64,000 nt of DNA from Candidatus Omnitrophota bacterium (GTDB lineage Bacteria > Omnitrophota > Gorgyraeia > Gygaellales > Profunditerraquicolaceae), in contig JAUYDL010000029.1 in NCBI GenBank assembly GCA_030691865.1, forward strand, positions 4,721 to 68,720. Direction: 5' to 3'. How positions within the stretch are numbered: the first letter of the stretch is position 1; each line of letters opens with the position of its first letter. The notes below the pieces were generated by a model that was not told the DNA's origin, searched no databases, and saw only the letters and a program-made list of their open reading frames with translations. The position numbers were made by a program, and so were the translations under genes. Positions 27,262-35,370 of this stretch are shown here, one piece after another.

Positions 27262-28644
27262 TTACCTTTTAAAATCATCTTCGAATCTTTCAATATCATC
27301 CTCAGCTAGATAATTTCCTGTTTGCACCTCCACAATTCTCAAGGTCTGATTAGTGGTATTTTCTAAGCGATGCTTTTTGCCTTTGGGTATATAAATGCTC
27401 TGGTTGCTATGCACCAGGGAAACTCCCCGGCCGCTTACCACCTTGGCCATACCGGAAACCACTACCCAATGCTCAGCGCGGCTTTTATGCCGCTGTAAAC
27501 TTAAACGTTTATGCGGCGTAATTTCAATAAGTTTAATCTTAAAATCGATGCCTTGCTGTAAAACCGTAAATGATCCCCACGGCCTTCTCTCCGTTAAATG
27601 CACCAGGTGCTCTTTACGGTTTAACGACTTCATCAGGCCCACCAACTTCTTAACATCTTGGGTCCTACCCCTATCACAAACCAACAGGGCATCCGGAGTA
27701 TCCGCGATAATCGTATCTTTAATGCCAATGGTCGAAACCAGCCGATTACCCTTTGAGAATACACACACGCCTTGACTATCTAAATTCAGAGCATCGCCAC
27801 TAACAATATTTCCCTTTTTGTCTTTCGGGAAGATTTCCGATAAAGCCTCCCAACTGCCTAAATCCGTCCAGTAAAAATCAGCAGGAATAAGCGCGATACG
27901 CTTAGAATGCTCCATAATTCCATAATCAACAGATATAGCATCAATTCTCGGCCAAATCTTAGGAATATCATTTACTGAATTAATCAGCCGCAGGTTAGTA
28001 TACAATCCGGGTAAATATTTTTTAACCTCTTCCAGTAAAACCGAAGCCTTCCAGATAAACATCCCGCTGTTCCAGAAAAATTTCTTGTTCTTAAAATATT
28101 CCTTTGCCTTATTTAAATCCGGCTTTTCCAGAAACTTCTCGACTTCCCAATAACCATCTTTTTTTTTATCTACTTTTATATAACCATAACCTATAGATGG
28201 CGCACTGGGTTTAATGCCCAGCGTAACCAAAAGATTATTTTTAGCGCAAGCGATTGCTTTTTTAAACGTCCTCTTAAAATTCTCAATATTCTTAATATAA
28301 TGGTCAGAAGGCAAAACCAAAAGCACCGCATCTTTATCAATCCGGCTGATTAATTTTGCGCACAACCCCACTGCCGGAGCAGTATTCTTGCCCTGCGGCT
28401 CTAAAATTATATTCTTATCCGGAATGCGAAACTTGGTAATCTGGGCTTTAACTTCATAAAAATAAATTTTATTGGTAATAATATAAGTATGCGCCGGGTC
28501 CACCACGCCTTTTAATCGCTGGATGGTCGACTGCAACAAGCTCTCCTGGCCAATAATTTTCATAAACTGCTTTGGCTCAAGCTCGCGTGAAAACGGCCAA
28601 AACCTGCTTCCTACTCCACCGGCTAAAATAACAGCGTATGTCAT
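27262..28644 (-). CDS. manC: Mannose-1-phosphate guanylyltransferase / mannose-6-phosphate isomerase
   Basis: LAGGVGSRFWPFSR..PKQF, EPQGKNTAPA, WNSGMF, DLGSW, C-terminal cupin RPWG...SLQRHKSRAEHW. Confidence 0.94.
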   Translation of the reverse strand: MTYAVILAGGVGSRFWPFSRELEPKQFMKIIGQESLLQSTIQRLKGVVDPAHTYIITNKIYFYEVKAQITKFRIPDKNIILEPQGKNTAPAVGLCAKLISRIDKDAVLLVLPSDHYIKNIENFKRTFKKAIACAKNNLLVTLGIKPSAPSIGYGYIKVDKKKDGYWEVEKFLEKPDLNKAKEYFKNKKFFWNSGMFIWKASVLLEEVKKYLPGLYTNLRLINSVNDIPKIWPRIDAISVDYGIMEHSKRIALIPADFYWTDLGSWEALSEIFPKDKKGNIVSGDALNLDSQGVCVFSKGNRLVSTIGIKDTIIADTPDALLVCDRGRTQDVKKLVGLMKSLNRKEHLVHLTERRPWGSFTVLQQGIDFKIKLIEITPHKRLSLQRHKSRAEHWVVVSGMAKVVSGRGVSLVHSNQSIYIPKGKKHRLENTTNQTLRIVEVQTGNYLAEDDIERFEDDFKR

Positions 28645-28720
28645 TTCTCAAACTCCTATCTTAGAGACTGTCCCTAAGCTTTCCATCATTCGTTAAACCA
28701 CATCTTTATTAAGTACGAGA

Positions 28721-29575
28721 TTACGGCTTTTTCAAAATCTCGTTAAACCGCTCAAAAACTTTATCGAGGTTGAAACTCTCACCTACCCGGATAACAGGTA
28801 TCAATTCTGTTTCTATCTGCTTGTGAAGCAATTCTTTTGATTGTTGATCCAAACCGAAATTATGAGAATAATTCGCTCTGTATTTCTCAGCTTCAAGCTT
28901 CTTTTTGAATATGGAAAGGAAGTGCCTGTCTTTAAAGTCAAACTTGGCTTCCGATATAAACCATAAGTCATAATAGTCGCGAATTGCCACATCTTTTCTT
29001 GTGATTGCGGCTTTGAGTTTTTCTGCCACGGCCTCGTTTAATGTAAGCGATAATATCTTATTTTTAGGAATTAAATCCTCTCCCGTAAATGGGTCCTTAT
29101 AAAAATGCGTGATTACATTATGAACGGGCTTGTCGATAGGAGTTTGCCTGAGTGAAATTTCTAGTTTTATCTTCTCATCCTTTCCTGAGATAAATGACGG
29201 ATAGAAAATGTTGAACACATACTGAGTAGAATTATTAAATCCTTCTCCTTCAGGCCTTTCACTTTTTAACTCCAGTAGTTTCAGCAATTCTGGCATCTTT
29301 TCTCTTATTGGGGTGATTGCACGGGATCGCCTAGAACGGGTTTGGAGGCCTTCAGGGTTAAAGTATGTAAAGTCAATGTCTTCGCTTAACCTGTGATAGT
29401 TAAGGTGAATCTTATTTAAAAGCGTCCCGCCTTTAAAAACGATTTTATCGCTTAAATGTGATTCGACGCTGTTTAAGATAAGCGTTAAATAATAATCTTT
29501 TTCGATGGTCTCGAGCCTAAAGTTATATTTTTCCGCAATAAACGGTATTATTTTCTCAAGCTTATCCCTATCCAT
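28721..29575 (-). CDS. AbiEii/AbiGii-family nucleotidyltransferase toxin (type IV TA)
   Basis: IEKDY, FKGGTLL, RLSEDIDF, EKLKA, RDYYDL. Confidence 0.9.
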   Translation of the reverse strand: MDRDKLEKIIPFIAEKYNFRLETIEKDYYLTLILNSVESHLSDKIVFKGGTLLNKIHLNYHRLSEDIDFTYFNPEGLQTRSRRSRAITPIREKMPELLKLLELKSERPEGEGFNNSTQYVFNIFYPSFISGKDEKIKLEISLRQTPIDKPVHNVITHFYKDPFTGEDLIPKNKILSLTLNEAVAEKLKAAITRKDVAIRDYYDLWFISEAKFDFKDRHFLSIFKKKLEAEKYRANYSHNFGLDQQSKELLHKQIETELIPVIRVGESFNLDKVFERFNEILKKP

Positions 29576-30341
29576 TGACAATAATTCTCCATCTTTTATC
29601 AGTTTTGCCTTTTTTTGCCTCTGTATCGTATAAGAAAGAATGCCCTTTTATTCCCGCGTCGACTTTGCTAAGCAGTCTTTGGGACACTCCAAGCCTTTCC
29701 AGGAAATATCCCATACGCCTGCGAATGATACAAACGGGATATCGCGCGACATAATCCACGAAGACTGCCATATCCATATTGCTAAGCTGTTCAGTTAAAA
29801 TACTAAATCCTTTTTTCACACCATAAAAATCAAACGCGTCTATCAACGCGCGTTCCTTAGAAGCAAAAACAATATCCTCCTTATCTATTCTGCGCGTTTC
29901 CAAGCCATACATTCTATTGGGCAGCACCTTGATAAGCTTATACCTGATACCGCCAACTTTTTTCTCAAGTGAATATTTTTCATTCACTACATGTATCATT
30001 TGCGCGACTTGATCGGTAAAGCCATATGAATTAAAAACGCTGGAGTATCCTATATAATAATTCGCTCCTCTGGCTAACGCTTTTGCAATCACATATTCGT
30101 TACCCGCCCACTTGCCTCCGGGAGCTTTCATCGGAATAAACAAATACACATTTTTGACAATATTCCTTAACCTATTTTTAATCAAAAGCCGCCTGATAAG
30201 ATAGTCCACCTTGCTTTCATCGTCATAGAAAGAAATAATATCCGCGCGAGTATAGACCTCTTTACCCTCATACTCTAACCTAGCCAAAAGGCCTATTTCG
30301 TTCGGAGTAAGCCCATTATATTTGTTTACTTTTGGTTTCAT
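29568..30341 (-). CDS. AbiEi-family antitoxin / transcriptional regulator
   Basis: N-terminal wHTH, YYIGYSS...GFTDQ, SKERALID, RRMGYFLE; GGGAGG RBS favours ATG 30341. Confidence 0.85.
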   Translation of the reverse strand: MKPKVNKYNGLTPNEIGLLARLEYEGKEVYTRADIISFYDDESKVDYLIRRLLIKNRLRNIVKNVYLFIPMKAPGGKWAGNEYVIAKALARGANYYIGYSSVFNSYGFTDQVAQMIHVVNEKYSLEKKVGGIRYKLIKVLPNRMYGLETRRIDKEDIVFASKERALIDAFDFYGVKKGFSILTEQLSNMDMAVFVDYVARYPVCIIRRRMGYFLERLGVSQRLLSKVDAGIKGHSFLYDTEAKKGKTDKRWRIIVNG

Positions 30342-30379
30342 ATTTCTGCCTCCCAATGCACTTATCTAAAACTAAAAAT

Positions 30380-30408
30380 AATATACTCTTGAGTGGGTTA
30401 TTTGTCAA
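30380..30408 (-). promoter_or_regulatory. Sigma70 promoter of the AbiE module
   Basis: TTGACA 30408-30403, N17, TATATT 30385-30380. Confidence 0.65.
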
Positions 30409-30486
30409 TAAATATTGTTGCAGTAATTATCCTTCCAGGACTCTTCTTTACAATAATAACCACAGACGGAATTATCGTTAATTATT

Positions 30487-31176
30487 TTATAGCCTGCCCG
30501 GTGTTCCTCCGTATAAGTCCAAAGTTAAATCTGATTGCCAATATTCCTTAGTATCAACATTCATTATGGTAAGTTTCCCTGACCATCCGGCTCCGGTATC
30601 AATATTCCAAACATTACACACATGAATCGGTTGAAAAGTATTATAAAGTTCAGTTGGTGTATGACCGACAAAGATATCCTTGTATCGGCCCAATTTACAG
30701 TTGCGCCCCTCTGCTTGCATCTTCCACGCCATATCAAGAAGCCTCCTATCCCAAACCAATGTTTGCGCGCTATGACTCGAAAGCGATATGTCCGGATTAA
30801 ACCCGCCATGCACGAAAACCTGATCATCACGCTCAATCCAAAGATGTCCGCTCTTTAGAAAATCGATGTGTGCCTTCGGCATAGGGCCACCGTTATATGA
30901 CGCTATTGTTCGATCACCGCCTTGACTCGTCCATATCTCCGGCTTATCCCCGCGCAAAGCCCAATCCAGAGCCCACATATCATGGTTACCAATAACCAAA
31001 TTGCAGTGTTTAACCTTTAAAAGCTCATCGATGCTTTGCTTGACATCCGGATAACCATCACACACGTCACCTAAAACGATTAAGCGATCTTGCTTGTAAT
31101 CAAATTTCGAGCGTTCAAAACACTGCATTAGCGCCTTGTAAGCGCCATGAATATCACCAATAGCGTATGTCTTCAC
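30487..31176 (-). CDS. Calcineurin-like metallophosphoesterase (PphA/lambda-phosphatase-like)
   Basis: GDIHG, LGDVCDG, GNHD, FVHGG, GHTP, IDTG. Confidence 0.9.
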   Translation of the reverse strand: MKTYAIGDIHGAYKALMQCFERSKFDYKQDRLIVLGDVCDGYPDVKQSIDELLKVKHCNLVIGNHDMWALDWALRGDKPEIWTSQGGDRTIASYNGGPMPKAHIDFLKSGHLWIERDDQVFVHGGFNPDISLSSHSAQTLVWDRRLLDMAWKMQAEGRNCKLGRYKDIFVGHTPTELYNTFQPIHVCNVWNIDTGAGWSGKLTIMNVDTKEYWQSDLTLDLYGGTPGRL

Positions 31177-31179
31177 TCA

Positions 31180-31971
31180 TCAATCCTTTGCAATGCTTCT
31201 CTTGAGCCTCTTAAATCTATCAAATATGTCTTGGCGCACATCATGGATATATTCATCAGGACCGTTTTCCTGTTCTACCAAAAGACAGCCTCGACTTGAA
31301 ACCCTTTCAAAAAACTTGTTTATATTATCCGGGACGCCCATTAAATACCCTTTTTCTCTGTACTGGGATATTTCCTTCAAAATCAAGTCAATATCAGGCG
31401 CGTACCGCAAGATGAAGTACATATAATACAAATCTTTAGCCTGTTTTTCCTTGTTCTCCCTATCGATAAAAGTCGCTCCCTTGTGATACAAAAAAGCTGA
31501 CGGTTTCGGACAATTAATAAGATAGCCTTTGTTCTTTTTCATAGCGTAAATGTTTATCGATATCCGGTGTTTTAAGAGGAAATCAAATTTGTCGATTTTA
31601 TTTATTTGTATCTGCTGGCCTACCATTTTCTCGATCGCCTTGATATCCGCGGTAGGATAAGTAATAAACTCTACCGGGACTTTTTCTTTATACAGCACAA
31701 CAGGAAACATCCTGTCCATCTTCAGATGACGTTCTTTGTAATCCAAAGAAGAAAGTGTTTCAAAAATTGTCTTTGAATAATCTCCGGTAACGGATTGATC
31801 TACGCCAAAATCTATATCAACCGTAGTCACCGGATTTCTGACGGATGTTTTCCAAATAAAATTTGAATAGATATACGGCATCCATCCACCGACAAGCGTG
31901 AGGTCAGGAAGATAATCACGCATGTCTTCAAGCACGTTAAAAAACACTGCTTCAATTTTTTCAAGATTCAT
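31180..31971 (-). CDS. Nucleotidyltransferase-fold protein (AbiEii/GSU2403-like)
   Basis: LVGGW, TVDIDF, PKPSAFLYHK, KDLYY. Confidence 0.72.
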   Translation of the reverse strand: MNLEKIEAVFFNVLEDMRDYLPDLTLVGGWMPYIYSNFIWKTSVRNPVTTVDIDFGVDQSVTGDYSKTIFETLSSLDYKERHLKMDRMFPVVLYKEKVPVEFITYPTADIKAIEKMVGQQIQINKIDKFDFLLKHRISINIYAMKKNKGYLINCPKPSAFLYHKGATFIDRENKEKQAKDLYYMYFILRYAPDIDLILKEISQYREKGYLMGVPDNINKFFERVSSRGCLLVEQENGPDEYIHDVRQDIFDRFKRLKRSIAKD

Positions 31972-32647
31972 ACAAACCCGTCCCCTTCTCTTCTAAAACT
32001 TTTTTCAGATAATCAGCGTGCTCGCGCCCGCGGGGCTTATAATTATAGAGGTCTAAATAAAGCTGCAAATTAGAAACAACCTTATATCCCTTTATTGCCT
32101 GAGCGCCATAAAATACGCTCTTCTTGTAATGCGGGCGAATAATATGAATGTTCCCACCTCTTACAAGCTCCTTTAAATCAAGTTGTTGGCGTAACTCGAG
32201 AACATCCTTTTTCCAGTCTTCAGGTTCCAAATACAGGCATACCTGATCCGTTACTACAAAAGAAGTTACCAAATTGGCGCCAGAATGGAGTGTGAACGCG
32301 TATTGTTTGTCTTTCAGATAATCTTTAAGCTTCGGTAAAATATTTTTATCTGGAGAATAATAGGTATCGACTTCGTTTAATTCAAAGCGGTACTCTGTTA
32401 CCCAATCGCTGATTAGCTCATCTATATTCGTAAGAAGCGCATAGCTATTCGGCCCACGTTTGACCCGCTCGATGTAGCCCTTTTTTGCCATGGTTTCAAG
32501 CGCTCCTTGTGCCAACCCAATGCTCACCCCATTATCTCCTGTAAAGTCGCGCGTAACCCATTTCTTCTGTGGATCAGACAGCATCTTCCTCAAGATAAAA
32601 GTCGCTTTATCAGCAAAAATATTTTTCATATTCGTTGGGTTATTCAT
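31961..32647 (-). CDS. AbiEi-like antitoxin with N-terminal winged helix
   Basis: VSIGLAQGALETMAKKGYI wHTH, YAFTLHSGA, VSNLQLYLDL...RGREHA; AGGAG RBS favours ATG 32647. Confidence 0.78.
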   Translation of the reverse strand: MNNPTNMKNIFADKATFILRKMLSDPQKKWVTRDFTGDNGVSIGLAQGALETMAKKGYIERVKRGPNSYALLTNIDELISDWVTEYRFELNEVDTYYSPDKNILPKLKDYLKDKQYAFTLHSGANLVTSFVVTDQVCLYLEPEDWKKDVLELRQQLDLKELVRGGNIHIIRPHYKKSVFYGAQAIKGYKVVSNLQLYLDLYNYKPRGREHADYLKKVLEEKGTGLYES

Positions 32648-32662
32648 AATGTTCACTCCTTC

Positions 32663-32714
32663 TTAATGTTCATTGATTAGTAAACAATATATACCCAGTG
32701 AACATTAATGTCAA
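32663..32714 (-). promoter_or_regulatory. Sigma70 promoter with inverted-repeat operator
   Basis: TTGACA 32714-32709, N17, TATATT 32691-32686; inverted repeat ttaatgttcattg / cagtgaacattaa; a third half-site lies at 32647-32657. Confidence 0.7.
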
Positions 32715-32721
32715 ACGTTTT

Positions 32722-32760
32722 TATTACATGCTCTTTTCCCCACGGCCCCCAGCGCCGCGC
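32722..32760 (-). pseudogene. Short relic of a GT9 heptosyltransferase 3' end
   Basis: Encodes ARRWGPWGKEHVI versus AQRWGPWGEGHIV in the intact gene near 33825-33862. Confidence 0.6.
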
Positions 32761-32906
32761 CTCCACCTTCCCGCTCCACCTTCTAAAATAACTTCGTATG
32801 TCATAAAAATTGATTATATCATGCTCAACTCAAAAATCACATATCTAAGCATGAAATCCAACTATCCTTTTTTTTAAGGTCACAATTTGTGACCTTAAAG
32901 ATTCTA

Positions 32907-33082
32907 CCTCTCCCCACGGCCCCCAGCGCCACGCGGTTTTGCCCGGCAGGTCATTCCTGAACAACGCCACCACCGGCATCCCCACGACGCAACAGCCAAA
33001 TGCATCGGCCCACTGTCGCAACTCACCAGTACCCTGCACTGCGTAAAAATCTGCGCTAACTCTACTAAAGTAGTCTTATTAA
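32907..33082 (-). pseudogene. Frameshifted relic of a GT9 heptosyltransferase 3' region
   Basis: PVVALFRNDLPGKTAWRWGPWGE; DNA aligns by eye to about 33835-34007 with substitutions and indels. Confidence 0.8.
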
Positions 33083-33150
33083 GATGATTCTATCTTGATG
33101 ATCGTGACAATTCTGGTTTGGATTATACAAAAAAATACAATCGGGAATAA

Positions 33151-33468
33151 TTATACACTCAGTTCGCGGGGAATAAAGTCTATGCTGAGTCTTGCTCTTA
33201 AGGCCGCGGCAAGCCTCGCAAGGGTTTTGAGATTAATGCGTGCATTTCTTAAATCCTCCAAGCGCGAGATGGTCTGTTGGGTAGTGTTAACTTTTTTTGC
33301 TAATTCTGCCTGGCTTAAATGCCTCATTTGCCTTAGCTGAGTGATCTTGTAGCCTATTTGCAGCCTTGCCACTTCTTCGTCGTAGGCTTTTCTAAACCCA
33401 GGGCTCTTTCTAAGCTCTTCTTCAATATGCTGGTTTATTGTTTTGGGAACTATTATTTTTCTTTTCAT
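33151..33468 (-). CDS. XRE/HigA-type HTH antitoxin (orphan)
   Basis: FRKAYDEE...LRQMRHLSQAELAKKVNTTQQTISRLE; GAGGTGA RBS before ATG 33468. Confidence 0.85.
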   Translation of the reverse strand: MKRKIIVPKTINQHIEEELRKSPGFRKAYDEEVARLQIGYKITQLRQMRHLSQAELAKKVNTTQQTISRLEDLRNARINLKTLARLAAALRARLSIDFIPRELSV

Positions 33469-33543
33469 AAGAATCACCTCTATAGACTCTTCAACTGGCC
33501 GTTTATTTCTTTCGTCCTCGTAGTATATGGCTTTCTTTTTCAT
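33469..33543 (-). pseudogene. N-terminal stub of a deleted RelE/Gp49-like toxin, in frame with the antitoxin
   Basis: MKKKAIYYEDERNKRPVEE resembles RelE/Gp49 toxin N-termini; lies between the promoter and the antitoxin RBS. Confidence 0.55.
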
Positions 33544-33565
33544 ACTGACTCTTTAGCCTACTTAA

Positions 33566-33594
33566 AATATACGCTATTTGTGGTGTAATGTCAA
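33566..33594 (-). promoter_or_regulatory. Sigma70 promoter of the HigBA-like module
   Basis: TTGACA 33594-33589, N17, TATATT 33571-33566. Confidence 0.65.
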
Positions 33595-33750
33595 GATAAA
33601 ATTACATCTTATTTAATGTATGATAACACCAGTCGCGCGCAATCTTTTCAGCATCCTCTTTCTATTACAACAGACGCAACAAGAGACGAAATCTAACTAA
33701 AATAAAAGAGCCGAATCTATTAGATCCGGCCCCCAAAGATAATCCCAACT

Positions 33751-35355
33751 CTATATTATTCTTTCTTTAATCCTGCAAAGTACTTCCTCAACGCTTATAT
33801 CCTCTAAATTACTCTTCTCTATAACTATATGCCCCTCTCCCCACGGTCCCCAGCGTTGCGCGGTTTTACCCGGCAAATCATTCCTGAACAACGCTATCAC
33901 CGGAGTCCCCACAGAGGCAGCCAAATGCATCGGCCCGCTATCCCCTGAAACAACTAAACTGCCACGTTTCAATAATGCCGCTAATTCCACTAAACTTGTC
34001 TTATTAATCAAATCTATAGTCCCTAAGGGGACTGTCCCCAAAGGGGACTGTCCCCGATCTTCAACTCTTCCCACAAGCACAACCTTCACTTTCATCTCCT
34101 GTATAATTCTCTGCGCTAATTCGCCAAACCGCTCAATTGGCCACTGTTTAACCGGATCACTGGTAAAAGGATGGATGATTACAATTTTTTGATTAATAAA
34201 ATATTTATATAAATTATCATTTACTTTAATCGCTAGTGACAAATCCTGCGTTTTTGCCCCCAGCAACCCTACCAACTCCAAATTACAATCTACCTCATGC
34301 CGGCTACCTTGATGCTTGGTATCTTTTAATTTATGGGTAAGCAAAAACCCCCATTTCCTATCATAACCCACACGCACAGGGATGCCCGCTAAAAAAATAC
34401 TCTGATGTGCTTCTTTAGTAGGATTTAGGACAACACAGAGATCAAACCTGTGCTTCCTTAATCCTTTCCTGATTTGGTCCCAAACTACTACCTGATCAAC
34501 ACATTCCACCGCAGTCGCCAACTCACTAACTGTAGAATTTACCGCTAAAGTAAGCTCTGCCTGCGGATATCTCTCTTTCAACGCCCGAATAGCCGGAATA
34601 TTCAACAAAAACTCTCCAAACCGGTCATTACGTATGACGAGTATTCTCTTGATCATGGAACACCCCACGGGCAAGCCCGTGGTACCTAAATTTACCCCCT
34701 GACGTATAATAGCTTGCCCATCCAGTGACATCCCCCGAAGCAGTTCTTTCTTCGCATTCATCTGCGAAGGGGGATAGAAAATAGGCACTTCCATTACGCG
34801 CATTTTTTTTCTTAAGGCTTTAGTTAAAATCTCAAACGCAGTATCCGCGCCTTTTAATTCCGGCGCTAAATTTAAAAAACTTTCCCTGCGCATAAGCTGA
34901 CAATGCGTAAACCAGTCATACAACTTAACACCAAATAGAATATTTAATATCAGGGTTGAGAAATAATTTTTAACTTTCGCCAACCCCGAGGTCCCTTGAT
35001 GCATTTTGCTAAAACGTGCACCCAGAACGATATCCGCCCCTGAATCCTTGATCGCCCCCAAAAGCTTAAGATAATTACCAGGGTCATACCTTAAGTCCCC
35101 ATTCTGGATGAGAATAAATTCACCGGTGGCATTCTGTAACCCCGTGCGCACCGCAGCCGCCTTTCCGCGATTACTGACATGGTGGATAACCTTTAAGCTA
35201 TTAAGAGAAAGCCCCCTTAAGATTAACTCAGTATTATCCTTAGAGCAATCGTTAACCACGATAATCTCTTTCTCAACAGAAAGATTGCTAACCTTATTGA
35301 TTACTGCTTCAATAGTTTTCTCTTGATTATAAACCGGCAAAATTACAGAAATCAT
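33751..35355 (-). CDS. GT2 (polyprenyl-phosphate glycosyltransferase-like) fused in frame to a GT9 heptosyltransferase
   Basis: N-half PVYNQE, VNDCSKD, NRGKAAAVRTG; C-half from ATG 34656 MIKRILVIRNDRFGEFLL...SGDSGPMHLAASVG. Confidence 0.8.
   Translation of the reverse strand: MISVILPVYNQEKTIEAVINKVSNLSVEKEIIVVNDCSKDNTELILRGLSLNSLKVIHHVSNRGKAAAVRTGLQNATGEFILIQNGDLRYDPGNYLKLLGAIKDSGADIVLGARFSKMHQGTSGLAKVKNYFSTLILNILFGVKLYDWFTHCQLMRRESFLNLAPELKGADTAFEILTKALRKKMRVMEVPIFYPPSQMNAKKELLRGMSLDGQAIIRQGVNLGTTGLPVGCSMIKRILVIRNDRFGEFLLNIPAIRALKERYPQAELTLAVNSTVSELATAVECVDQVVVWDQIRKGLRKHRFDLCVVLNPTKEAHQSIFLAGIPVRVGYDRKWGFLLTHKLKDTKHQGSRHEVDCNLELVGLLGAKTQDLSLAIKVNDNLYKYFINQKIVIIHPFTSDPVKQWPIERFGELAQRIIQEMKVKVVLVGRVEDRGQSPLGTVPLGTIDLINKTSLVELAALLKRGSLVVSGDSGPMHLAASVGTPVIALFRNDLPGKTAQRWGPWGEGHIVIEKSNLEDISVEEVLCRIKERII
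34018..34055. repeat. Tandem GGGGACTGTCCCC palindromes in frame inside the GT9 domain
   Basis: ggggactgtcccc-aaa-ggggactgtcccc; translated RGQSPLGTVPLGT. Confidence 0.8.
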
Positions 35356-35370
35356 TTTTATTACTCCTAT

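Noticed and set aside
32845-33039. 64-aa ORF as a real gene
   Set aside because: Chimera of a frameshifted GT9 relic and a palindromic remnant.
26169-33594. Prophage or integrative element
   Set aside because: No integrase, structural or conjugation genes, and manC lies inside the interval.
32907-34007. Repeat pair as a diversity-generating retroelement TR/VR
   Set aside because: Mismatches are not confined to adenines, indels are present, and no reverse transcriptase is in the window.
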